Assembly (NCBI GenBank): GCA_904063045.1 | Contig: CAJFCJ010000005.1 | Coordinates: 2,309,988-2,373,987, forward strand | Direction: 5' to 3' | Length of the DNA: 64,000 nt | Source: Dimorphilus gyrociliatus | Taxonomy: Eukaryota; Animalia; Annelida | Shown here: in pieces, positions 1 to 11,500 of the stretch | Layout of the letters: every line of letters starts with the position of its first letter | Numbering within the stretch: the stretch's first letter is position 1 | Made by a program: the position numbers and the translations under genes | The notes under the pieces: generated by a model | Told to the model about the DNA's origin: nothing | Databases searched by the model: none | Seen by the model: the letters and a program-made list of their open reading frames with translations, nothing else

Positions 1-776
1 TAATGCTTGATCTTCTCCTATCCGTTGTCATTTCGTTTTCATATAAATACTGTTTACGTTCGATACGACAGACTGGTTTCCTGGTATGTTTTAAACAAAC
101 AAGTTTTGTACCATGGTAAAAAATATTTTGAAGCCATAGTCCGATAAACAGCAGGCAATTAACAGGATTTTCAAAACACTCTCACCCCGTTCTCATTTTC
201 CCCCCAATACCTAGCTGAACTAGTAAAAGTACGCAGCGCCTGAGGAAGGAATTTCCTCCATGAAAATTAACTAATAATACCTTATGGTAACGAAGAGAAA
301 ACATATGTTATTTTGCAGAACGCGTTTAGAAACATATGCTAAACTTTTGGGGAAAAATTTACCTAGTTTCGTTTCTGGTTATTTCGTTTCTTCAAAACTA
401 TAAATAAATAGATATAGAGAGTACATAACATAAATATTTCAATTAGCTATAGAGATTTTAGAATAGAACATAGTTGTTCGAATCTCACTATTTATGCGCA
501 ACACGAGACTACTACAATAAAGAATTGGTGTAATGTGAAGTGCATTTAATGCACTTAGTTTCTTTTCCAAAAATGGGCTTAATTCCCTTAATAGGAAGAC
601 ATTTAGACTTGAAAAAAATGCATTTGATACTCTAACCACAGTTAAGATTCTTTGGACATTCCATCCCGCTAGGGGGCTGGACTTTTGATACTGAACGATA
701 TTATAGTTATCCATCTAATCACTATTTTTAGAGGTATTAAATATTTTTTTAGAATAAAATTTTTTATTTCTCAAAA

Positions 777-1442
777 ATGGCGATTGTGCCAAAAAATTGC
801 ATCTTATATGTTGGAAAAAATAGTGAAAAATTACCATCGAAATATTTACAAAAGAGCCTGAACATCGTTAAATTGGACATAAGTAATAACGCTTTTAAAG
901 ATTTGTCATTCCTTTTTGCATTTACCAATTTACAAGAGCTTGTAGCTGATAATAATAGACTCAGAATTCCTCTAAAAATACCTCGACTGGACAGTTTAAG
1001 GACCATATGTTTGAACAAGAATAATTTGGATGATTTGAACGCGTTTTTGGACGAAATAGCCGACAAACTATCTGGCCTAACCTATTTAAGTCTACTCGGC
1101 AATCCCATATGTCCAACCCTACAGAGAGAGAGTGAAGATGACGACATTTTACGTTATCGGTGCTATGTATTGTATAAGCTGCCAAGCTTGAAATTCCTAG
1201 ACTCCTCACCTGTTAAAATAACTGAACTCCAGAGAAGTCATACTCATGGGGAATTCTATAGAATAGCGAGACCTGTAATTGTACAGGTGAAAGATTCAGA
1301 AGAGGAACTCTTAAAATCAAAATTGACACCTTTACCCATGTTAAAGACATCCGAAAAGAAAACGTCGTTTGGAAAGTGTAAATATATGTATAAAGGAAAG
1401 CATTCCGAAGGAAATAGATTTATCAGAAATGCCGACTTGTGA
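777..1442 (+). CDS. LRMDA: Leucine-rich melanocyte differentiation-associated protein (C10orf11-like), single exon, 221 aa
   Basis: Short LRRs (LDISNN, LVADNN, LNKNNL, LSLLGNPIC), an LRRcap (YRCYVLYKLPSLKFLD) and the characteristic C-terminus YKGKHSEGNRFIRNADL. The ORF is uninterrupted. Confidence 0.88.
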   Translation: MAIVPKNCILYVGKNSEKLPSKYLQKSLNIVKLDISNNAFKDLSFLFAFTNLQELVADNNRLRIPLKIPRLDSLRTICLNKNNLDDLNAFLDEIADKLSGLTYLSLLGNPICPTLQRESEDDDILRYRCYVLYKLPSLKFLDSSPVKITELQRSHTHGEFYRIARPVIVQVKDSEEELLKSKLTPLPMLKTSEKKTSFGKCKYMYKGKHSEGNRFIRNADL

Positions 1443-1587
1443 CCTAGGTTCTCTTTAATAAAGTTTAAAAACATTTTTTTATTATCTGGCTAATAATTTG
1501 GCCTATTGGAGATGTGAAATTTTCAGTTGTTAGTAACTCTCCATCAAACAATTTAAATGTCATAAAAATATCATGTAACAATAATTC

Positions 1588-4500
1588 TTAATTCATAATG
1601 GACAATAAATCTTCGTCAGGATCGACATAAATTGAGAAACCGTCATCGTCAACTTCATCACCTAATCTATAAATGTGTATCATATCGGTATTTTGTCTAT
1701 CTGGAATTCTGCAATCGTGCTCATGATTAGCGTAGGTTATTCTCTCGAACCACGGATGTTTTAACGCTTTTGATATTTTCCATCTTTTAAGAGGGTCCCT
1801 TTTCATCATATTTCTAATTAAACACTTCGCCCTAGAGGAGACTGTATCAGGTATGTCGAACACTCCTTTTTTAATTGCGGTGAAGACTTGGATGGGATTT
1901 TGACCATTAAATGGATACCTTCCTAAAATAATAGTATACATCATAACACCGCAAGACCATATATCAGCCGCTTGTCCATGAAAAGGTTTACCAACTTCCA
2001 GAGTTAGAAGTTCTGGACACACATATGCTGGACAGGCTATCTTATCAGCTCTATCTATATTCATTAATTGATCATTATCAATCACGTTAGCTTCTTCGAG
2101 ACCTTCCAACCGAATTTTTCGTCTGCAAATTATACAGAAACAAATTAGGAATTTCATCAAAAGATGGCGTTGTACAAATTTATAAAATTTTTTGGGGAGT
2201 AATGGAAAGAGAGAGAAGGCTGTAAAAGCGGCGCGGATAAAGTAAACTGAAAGAAAGAATGCTAAAAGGAAGTGAGGCAGGGGGGAGAGGGAAAGGCAAC
2301 AATATTAGTGAATAAGGGAATAGAAGGGAAGGGGAGGCGGACTGTTGAGTGGAAGGGAAGGGAAAAAGAAAACACCTAGATTTTGGATACACAATGCTCT
2401 ATAGTGCAAGTACCCCAGAAAATAAAGGCATCTAAAGAAATTATCAAAACCTATTAACTTTTTTATGCTTTTTGCTTGATTATAAATCTTCACAAGTATA
2501 TCGCTTATACGGGTTCTTTTTGAACGAGAAATTATTCACAAATATAAACTTTTACTTCTTATACAGTATATCTATATATCTACATAAGAAAAAAAGGCAA
2601 TTTATAATTACAACTACGTTTATCATAACTAGATATAAGCGCTCTTAAATGAGTAAAAATCATTCAAATTCTAATCTTTTTTAACAAATAACAACCATAA
2701 TATTTTCATCGATCTTTTATAAATAGGCCATACTTTTTACTTCTGGGTCGTTTAGTTAACAAATGGACTAGTAGTGACATTAGTAAAAAATATGCTGCGC
2801 AATATTAGCATATATTTACAGGGAGGTGGTGAACATTCTTTAAGCCTATATTAAGCTGACATTATTGGACTTTATAGAGGCTGACGTTGTGGCACGTAGA
2901 AAGTTTTACAGAACACAGATCGATTGTAAAAAGACTGTTTTTATAACGTTATTTTAGAGTTGTTGGCAGATAATACAACTACAAGTAAATGTAATTACAG
3001 AATCAACCCAGCCCTCATAGGTCAAAGGCAAACCCACAATATATACAGCTGTGTACAAGCAGAAACGAGCGCATGCGCGTTTTTGACGTCAAACGACGTT
3101 GCTGAGCAACGGTATAGGATGGTATTGATGATTTAGCATCCGATTATGCTGTGCTTTTTTTTCTACGCAGGCGTCTATTCTGCCTACGTTGTTTACGCAT
3201 AATCGAAAGCGAGGAAAACGTGAAAAAACAGGCTTGACAACCTCAGAATTTAGTTCGAGTGTTACACGTTGGAGTATTAAAAAGTTAAAGCTACAAAAAT
3301 CAATGAGGGAGGAAAATAGACTCACTAAGAATAAATAATGTTTAATCAGCAAAACCGAGCATTCAGTTAAAATGGTATTTTTTTAAAAAAAATATAAAGG
3401 AATTTTAGATATTCAACTAAAGTATCCGATGTAGAAAAAAAAAAAAACAAGGGCGTAGATTGTAAGAACTGCGTAGTTCAATCGTTCATCGAACGCCGAT
3501 GATTCATTAAGTGCAATCGCTGTGTTCTATTGCATACTACATTTTTCACAATGCTTGCTTACGCAATTCCGTTCCTTAAGCCTACAACAAAATGTCAAAA
3601 CTTTTTGAAACAGTTTCGTTATGGTTATGAAACGTTTTAAGAGGTTATTGATGACGACTTCAAATGAATAGAATATTTAGGATAAAGTTAATATTAAGGA
3701 AAATGAGCCATAATCAGGTGCGCGCGTTCTGTCACGTTTTTTCGTCGGTCAGGTGAAAGCGATTGTTGTACCTGATAATGGCAACTTATAATCGCCTCGT
3801 AGAAAATACCAGTTATAGGACCGAGTGTTACAATGTAGGTCATATTTTTGGGGAATCCTTGAAAACTAAGTTTTTCTATGATCAAGGTCGTTAAGCCGAA
3901 CCTATATTGTTAATATTGATGGTGACGCAATATAAACTGTAGAGATCGAACGATCCTCGAAATAGGAATATATATATATATAGGGATATGAGAAAAAAAA
4001 ATGATAACTCTCTCTTTCCCAAGAGTTGAGGGAGAAAATAAATAACGAATCACTCTTACCGTTCTTCATCAACAAAAACGAATCGTTTCAGTTTCAGATC
4101 GCGTAGAGACAAACCGTAGTCGTGACAATGCTGAACTGCTTCGAGAATCTGCCTAAAATAATACATGGCTTCTAGTTCCCTCAATCTTTTCTTATTTCTA
4201 ATATAATTATGTAAATCTCCGTAATTCCTGTCGAATATCATATAGCGATATTTATCGTTATTTAAGTCCTTCAATAACTCTCGTATACGCGCCACGTTTT
4301 CATGACAAGTTCGTAAATAGGCTTGAGTATATACTCTTTCCTTTTCTTTCGGTATAATCTGAAGGAGAAAAAGAATGATGTCAAATTGAGGAAGAGCTTT
4401 TTGTATTTCGTTAACATCTGATGACAGTATTATAGATTAAAATAACTGTATATCTTCCTATTTCTATTTTCTATCTCACCTAGTGTAAAATCCGTGTTAT

Positions 4501-4902
4501 ATATTGTTAAAAATTACTCACTTTACATATGATTTGTTCTCCAGTTATCCTATCTATGCCTTTACATGTTCTAATTTCGCCGTTAAAAGATTGGTCGACC
4601 TGCTCGTAAATTTTGTAACGGCCAACATTAATTGGTAAACATTTGTCGTCTGTTATAGTGTTCTTTTCGCTCGAGTTTGTCACATTTTGACTAAATGAAG
4701 GTTCGTTCGAATCGGGAGATGGCGATAGAGATGTCCTTGGAAAACATGGAGCTTGATACTCAATAGTAGGTGTAGGTACAGGAGAATTATTCTGAAACTC
4801 CTGCTCAACGTGCTCTTCCGTTATTGCGGACGCGGCATGAAAAGCTCCTTGTGTGAGTGGAGGACCTCTATTCCTGATATTCGCCTTATTTCGGCTTTGC
4901 AT
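1588..4902 (-). CDS. TRIB: Tribbles pseudokinase, 3 exons (4902-4522, 4358-4060, 2122-1588)
   Basis: Frame-consistent GT-AG junctions (AAA|gtgagt, ttcag|ATT, CG|gtaag, tgcag|A). Motifs LRDLKLKRFVF, CPAYVCPELL, ADIWSCGV and LKHPWF; no DFG. Confidence 0.93.
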
Positions 4903-5479
4903 GCTCTCCGTGCCTCAAAATGTTTTTTAGATATATTATTATTTTATAAAAATGAGTCAATTACGTCACGACGTGAAACCGAAACGTTTTCAGTCCTCTT
5001 GTGAAATTCTTATATTATTAACAAATCACAGATAATACTACAACGTTACGAATAATTGAGGATATTCTTCCATTTTCTCACTGAATCCGAACAAAGAACT
5101 GAACCACCATACGCTTAACCGCCGACAAATGCGTAATCGTATATACTCGAAGTAAATCACACTAGATGGCGCGTAGACTGGTGTGGAGAGAATGAGAATT
5201 TAGTTGAGTTTTTTTATTTTCTTGAACCCAATCAAGTAAATAATATTTAAAATTTAATTTCAAGCGAAATTCAAAAAATTGATTATGCCTTTTTTTTAAT
5301 TAGTTGCTACAGATGCATCCGTGACAAGACGTGTAAATATCTAGAACTTACAGTTGACCTTGTATCATTCTCTTGGATTTCCGGTACGTCATTTTGGCTG
5401 TCCCTCTTTCTGACTCATTTGGAATATATTACGTATTTGATCTCGAAAATCCCCTATTTTTAAACTATTAAGTCAAAAA
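4903..5479. promoter_or_regulatory. Bidirectional promoter region TRIB/NOSIP
   Basis: Head-to-head ATGs about 580 bp apart; TGAGTCA at 4953-4959, TTACGTCA at 4961-4968 and AGATGGCG at 5164-5171. Confidence 0.6.
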
Positions 5480-6441
5480 ATGGGTCGACACGCCCAGAAC
5501 AACAACGCGAGTTCGGTTTATACGTACCATGAACGCAAGAAGGACTCTAAAATTGGAGGATATGGTGATCAAAAAATTCGCTTGGGTAAGGATTCCCTCC
5601 AAAATTTTGATTGCTGTTGTTTAACGCAGCAAGTATGCAAGAACCCCGTACTCACACCAGATGGTTTTTTGTATGATAAACAAGCTATATTAGAGAATAT
5701 TTTACACCAGAAAAGACAAATTGCCCGTAAACTAAAGGAATATGAAAAGTTAAAAGAGCGAAAAAAGGTTACTTTAACGAACACGCTAGTTTTTTTCATG
5801 ACAAGTTGCGCTATCTATCGGTTTTAAAAAAATTATTTCTCGACTAGGTGGAAAAGATTCAAGAAGTTGCTTCAAAATACCAAGAGGAAGTCAAGAATTT
5901 TGCAGAAAACGAGGGATCAATTATCTCGAAATCATTTAAATCATCGGACAAAGGAAGTACCCCCGACAGCGAATCAATTTCCAATGTATCCGGTGATAAG
6001 AAAAATCATTTGCCGGCATTCTGGGTTCCTTCTAAAGCCCCGTCGGCCAAAATAGCTGAAATCGAAAAGCCTGATGAGAAGGTACGGTGTCCCATGTCTG
6101 GTAAACCTCTTAAGATGAAGAATCTAATTGACATAATCTTTACCGAAATCAAAGATCGCGAGGAAAAGAATGTCGTTTTAAAAGACGCACGTTACGTTTG
6201 TCCTGTCACAAATGACGTTTTAAGTAATAATGTAGCATGTGCAGTTTTAAGAACAAGCGGTCACGTAGTCACTTTGGAGTGCGTCGAAAAATTAATTAGA
6301 AAGGATATGATAAATCCTTTAGATGGTAAAAAATTGACTGAAAAAGACATTATTCCAATGAGAACTTTGGGCGGTGGTTTCGCCTCAGCCGGAGGTAAAG
6401 AATTGCAAGCTAAAAAACAGTATGCATCGATGCAAACTTGA
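5480..6441 (+). CDS. NOSIP: Nitric oxide synthase-interacting protein, 2 exons (5480-5767, 5848-6441)
   Basis: MGRHAQN..VYTYHERKKD, FDCCCLTQQVCKNPVLTPDGFLYDKQAILE, LPAFWVP, CPMSGKPL and GGGFA motifs. The 80-nt phase-0 intron joins the two ORFs. Confidence 0.95.
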
Positions 6442-8538
6442 TTAACTGAGAAGGCTAAAACTCGACGGTATAGTTTGCATAGTAAACACTTTGTTTCAGT
6501 TATATATAAAAGATTGCAGTTAGATTTTTATGAAACTTTGTATAATATACTTGGGCCTATTTGTCAACTTATCATACCACGCAAAAATTTTAATTATCTA
6601 TAACCGCAAAAGAAATCAGGCCAGACGAGTTTGATGACCAAAAATAAAAAATATACTACGTCATTGTATATGCCAATATGTATATTCTTGTTAATATATA
6701 AAATGTTATCATATATTTTTATTGTTTTATTGTTATAACAATATTCTCTACCCTTTAAATATATAAAAAAGGAAGGTGTAGTGTAAATAAGTTGAAGGGT
6801 CAGAAAAATTCCAAAAATGAAAGTAGAAATGTATTGTAAACAGAATAATTTCTTTATTTCTTGTTGTTGATGTAAGATTACTTTCATTTTATTGTATTAA
6901 TAAAACTATTCGATTTAGGATAAAAAAGATATGACGCAATAGAATTTTTGCTTACGCATAATTTATCAGCTTTTTTTTTTTGTCTATTACTTCTCTCTTT
7001 CTCTGTCTGTCTGTCTGTCTCTATTTAGTTTTTGTTTCCTTTGTTTCTCTCTCTCTCTCACGTTTTGTGTCTGTTATTATTATGATTATTCTCTATATAA
7101 TTCACTTTGATTGGATAATTTTAAAACGTTGACAAAACGAAAACAAAGCTAATACGTAATGACTTTTTTCTTTTATTTTTAGAAATTCTCAATTTATTTC
7201 AATTTCTTATCATGTGTTAGTGTAATTCCCCTGCTAGGAATTAACGAATGACTTACTCAAGTAAAGGGCGAGGGGGAAAAATCGGTAAAAGAAAGCATGC
7301 ATGAGTAAAAAAGAAGCATAAACGAATAGCTGACTAACAAAAGAAGTAATTTTCGTATTATCAACTATATGGGATTTAGATAGTCTAGTTTCTTTTTTTT
7401 TTTCTTACTATGTAAATATAGACGAAGATTCGACATTGTTTTTCTCAGTTTTCTTTATTTTTAGTATCTACTCTATTATTTCATATTCATCTATTTTTAG
7501 AGGGAAATGGGAAAAATAGTAAAGTTCTTTTTCAACTATAGTTTTCTGCTATATTAAGAATAAAGATATTCAAAGTTGATAGGCTAAAAAATTATTGGGA
7601 AGGAACTAAAAAGGGTATTTGTATTCTCTCTAATCTTTTTATCATACAATTTATTTACATTAGCATCAAATAGTATCTATTTAATAAAAAATAATAAGAA
7701 AGTACAATATTTAGTTATTTATTATCAAGCATAATAAGCCTTGTCCTTTACTAATTTTTGTTACTAATTCCTAAGTCTATAAATAAACCCAGCCTTGATA
7801 TTTTTCAGAGACGTAATCAATATATATATTCCAAACTTATCTTATTTATTTAAAACAAAGGCTATCTTAGATATCCTTTTGAAAGGTCTACATAAGCATT
7901 TATATCTTCACGTTAAAAAACAATATATTGTATTCTAAGGATAAAGTACCTTAAAGTAATAACAACAAAACAACAACGACGACGACGACGACAATAACAG
8001 TGATAACATACTTACCAATTTTCATTAATCCCTTCTTAGAGGCAGACTTGAATATGTGTTTTCTATAAACCTAATTCTTTATAGATTTCAACAGGAGATT
8101 TTTTTTTGGTTCTTTTCTATCTTATTCAATACCCTACTGTAAAGCAGCTATGAATATGTATGGCTACTTTTCTATCGGGATGACTACAGAATCCGATACG
8201 ATACGATTGTATTTGTATAATAAAATAGCACAAACTTTACGGGCATCACAGGTTGAATAGCTAAAACATATAAATATTTAGTAAAAAAAAATAAAAACAC
8301 ATGTAATGTAGATAGAGAGAAAGTGAGAGAGAGAGAGAGAGAGAGGGAGAAAAGGCAAAAACAATATCTTTGCTTTCCACATGAAATATTAAATGTATCC
8401 AAAATATAGGATAAAAGTATTAATATATAATGTAGTTATATTAAATATAGAGCATAGTATTGACGCTTAGCTAAATGTTTATCACAATGTAAAACAAATC
8501 GAATGTATAGATAAATATTTTAGGTTTCTTTTATTCTC

Positions 8539-11500
8539 TTACTTTGCCCATGACCTTGGCATTGTATTTGCGTTTCCTACCTCATTCGGATGATTCTTAA
8601 GATAGGACTGTAACTCGTCGGCTGAATCAAATATTTGAACTTTGAATGGAGAACCAGAAACTTCGTGATTTGACCATCTAACGTATACCAAATATTCACC
8701 AACTTCGGTTGGATGGTATTTGCATATTATAACGCGATCTTTTGGGTTTTCTTTCGACATAGTAACATTAAATGCACCCTTAGGTCCTCTTACTCGTACC
8801 AGTAGTTCACCAGCGCCGGCCCCTGTGGTGTCGACAAGGAATCTCGAAAGGAAGGTTGCCAATATACCATGTTGGATTCCTGGTCCTGAGACTTTAACCT
8901 TTGAGGGGTCGGGAGCACCTTGCACTTTCACTTCGAATGGACTTCCGGGAATATGTTCACCACAGTACTTAACTTGAAGTATGTGCTTTCCAGCCTCCTG
9001 GGTTTTTATTTTAAGCTTAAAAGTTCCATTGTGCTGATCGATGAGGTCACAGTAAGCTACTCTATTTGGTCCCATGCAATGAGCCGTTAGTTGTCCCGGT
9101 CCGGCCCCCTTCGTATCAATAATAGTCGATATCTCTTTACCGTAGCTAGCGGTTTGCAAACTCCTGGCTGCCAATTGAACTTTTTTAGCATCAGACCGTG
9201 TTGAAACATTTATCTTAAAGGGTGAACCAACGGCATCTCTATCTCCCCACTTAACGTTTAATAAATAAGCTCCTGGACGGGATGGAACATAGGAGCATCG
9301 ATACTTTTGATTACCCAAGGGTGTAACGTTAACATCGACGTGGCTCGTTACGCCAACTATTTTCACATCAGGGGAACCAGGTCCTGCAGCACTACCGTCA
9401 ATCTGAAAGAATGCCTCTTGATGAACTGTAGCTTCTTGTAGGCCTCTTCCAGTTAGAATCACTTTTTCCAAATCATCTGTTGACATCTTATCTGATATGG
9501 CAAAACCGGTCAATGGCGAATCAGCTAATTCAATACCGCCCCAAGAGACGCTGATATAATGCTCGCCAGTTTTTTGGGGTGTGAAACGCACTATTTTGAG
9601 GTTTTCATTGATATCCTTAATTTCTACTGGTAATGAACCAGCCGGCCCCCTCACGTCAACAGCTAAACTGGCGGATCCAGCCCCTGTAACGTCAAATTCT
9701 ATCTCCTTCGGTTCGTTAATCTTTAAAGCAATTCTAGATCTGGGATCCATATGAGATTGCCATCCACCAGTAACCTCTACTTTAGACGGTGAAACAATAT
9801 TCGGTTTCCAAGGGCTACCGGGCACTTCTTGTCCGTTTAATTTAACTACTACCTGATACGTTCCAACTTCAGCTGGCACGTAGGATATGCTATATTTACC
9901 ATCGGCATGCGGTTCAACATGGCATTTAGCGGCACCGTTAGGACCATCTACTTTTACCAATAATTCACCTTTCTGAGTATCTACTTTAAATGTTGCTTGC
10001 TTTCCTAAGACACCTTGATAAAGGCCTTCCCCAATTACGGTAACAGCATCACAACCTTTACCCTCTTCCACTTGCATGGATATAGGACATCCGGGTACAT
10101 TTAGACCTCCATACGTTACCTAAACACAATGAGCTGATTAATTAGTAAACACGTAATATTCTGTTATTCTTTAATTACTTACGTAAATTTTGTAAACACC
10201 ACTCTGGAAAGCCGTAAAATTGGCAATATAACCGCTATCTGTCTTAATTTGTTCGTAATTGACTTGCTCATTTCTGGGCGTTGTTATCGTTAATCCCATC
10301 TCGGCAAGACCAGCGTCAGCGGTATGTATGGCTATTTGAGCTCTTTGACCAATAGGTATCATATTCGGAACTTCAACTTTCACTTTATTAGGATCGAATA
10401 TTTGCACTCTAAAAGGTGTCCCCGCAATATGAACATCGGCGTAACGAACTTCGATAGTGTGTTCCCCAGTGTAAATTGACGAATATTCCACTTTATAATT
10501 ACCATCCGCTTGTAGAGCCAATTTGGCAGGAACTTTCTCTCCATTTGGTGCTAAAATAGGGGTAAAAAGAAAAAAAAGAACCAGAATAAGTAATAATTCC
10601 CTTTCCTTATGAATATTAATGATATTAAAAGATAAAAAATATTCAATAGAGAGATAGATAAAAGGGGTAAAAGATAAAAAGAGAGAGATTAAGGGAAGAT
10701 AGTAAAAGCTTCTTTTATAATATTAATATAGAAAAAAAAAACATCGACATAAAAAAAAAGACATCGATTATAATAAAAAACAAATATTAATTCTAAGAAA
10801 AAAAATATATGTTAATTAATTAGACGATTAATTAATATGCATAAAAATGAATAAATTAATAAACATAAGTAAGTGTAGTATAATTCATTTTTGTTTTTTG
10901 ATTCTCAGTTGATTTTTTTAATAAAAAAAAAAAAGAAGACTTTTGCTTTTTTGTGATTTTTTGGATATTATTGTGTTAACCTTGTACTTTAACTTCTAAA
11001 TCGACTACGGATATATCGTTGGTGTGACGTTTAATAGACGCCCAAGCAGTTTGATTAGATGCTACAAAATCTGGTGAAGAAGCGTCGAGTGAAAGAACGT
11101 TTCCGGGATCGGCCATGCTGACTTTCTTCGGGCAACCTTTAAAAGAAAAAAAAACCGTTGAGGATTAAATATATAAATAGAAAAGAAAAAGGGAATCAAT
11201 TGAAATGATAAAAAAAAAAGGAATTTGTACCAGGTACTTGTATTAAATTGAAGAGGACGTTAATTTCATGGTCTGTTGCCCTCTGGACTATATAGCGGTA
11301 TCTATGTTCAGTGTTTGAAATTTTATCTCTAACTGTTCTTATTAATTGATTCGAACAATTAACTTCAACATCTAAATCACCGGCTCCTGCTTTACTAGTG
11401 TCGACAGTAAAACCAAGTTCGTCTCCGACTTTACCATTTGAATCGATTTTAATAATCTCCACTTTGCTAGCATCGTAAGCTGAATAAGTCAACGTAGATC

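Noticed and set aside
1-330. Possible 5' part of a minus-strand gene at the left edge (MFSLRYHK|gt..., and an open frame running off the window)
   Set aside because: No recognisable motif and the junctions are ambiguous; insufficient support.
8720-8977. Plus-strand ORFs within filamin (8720, 11554, 12405, 14359) and antisense ORFs within LRMDA, NOSIP, COQ6 and the orphan family
   Set aside because: They lie opposite well-supported exons and have no independent protein signature.
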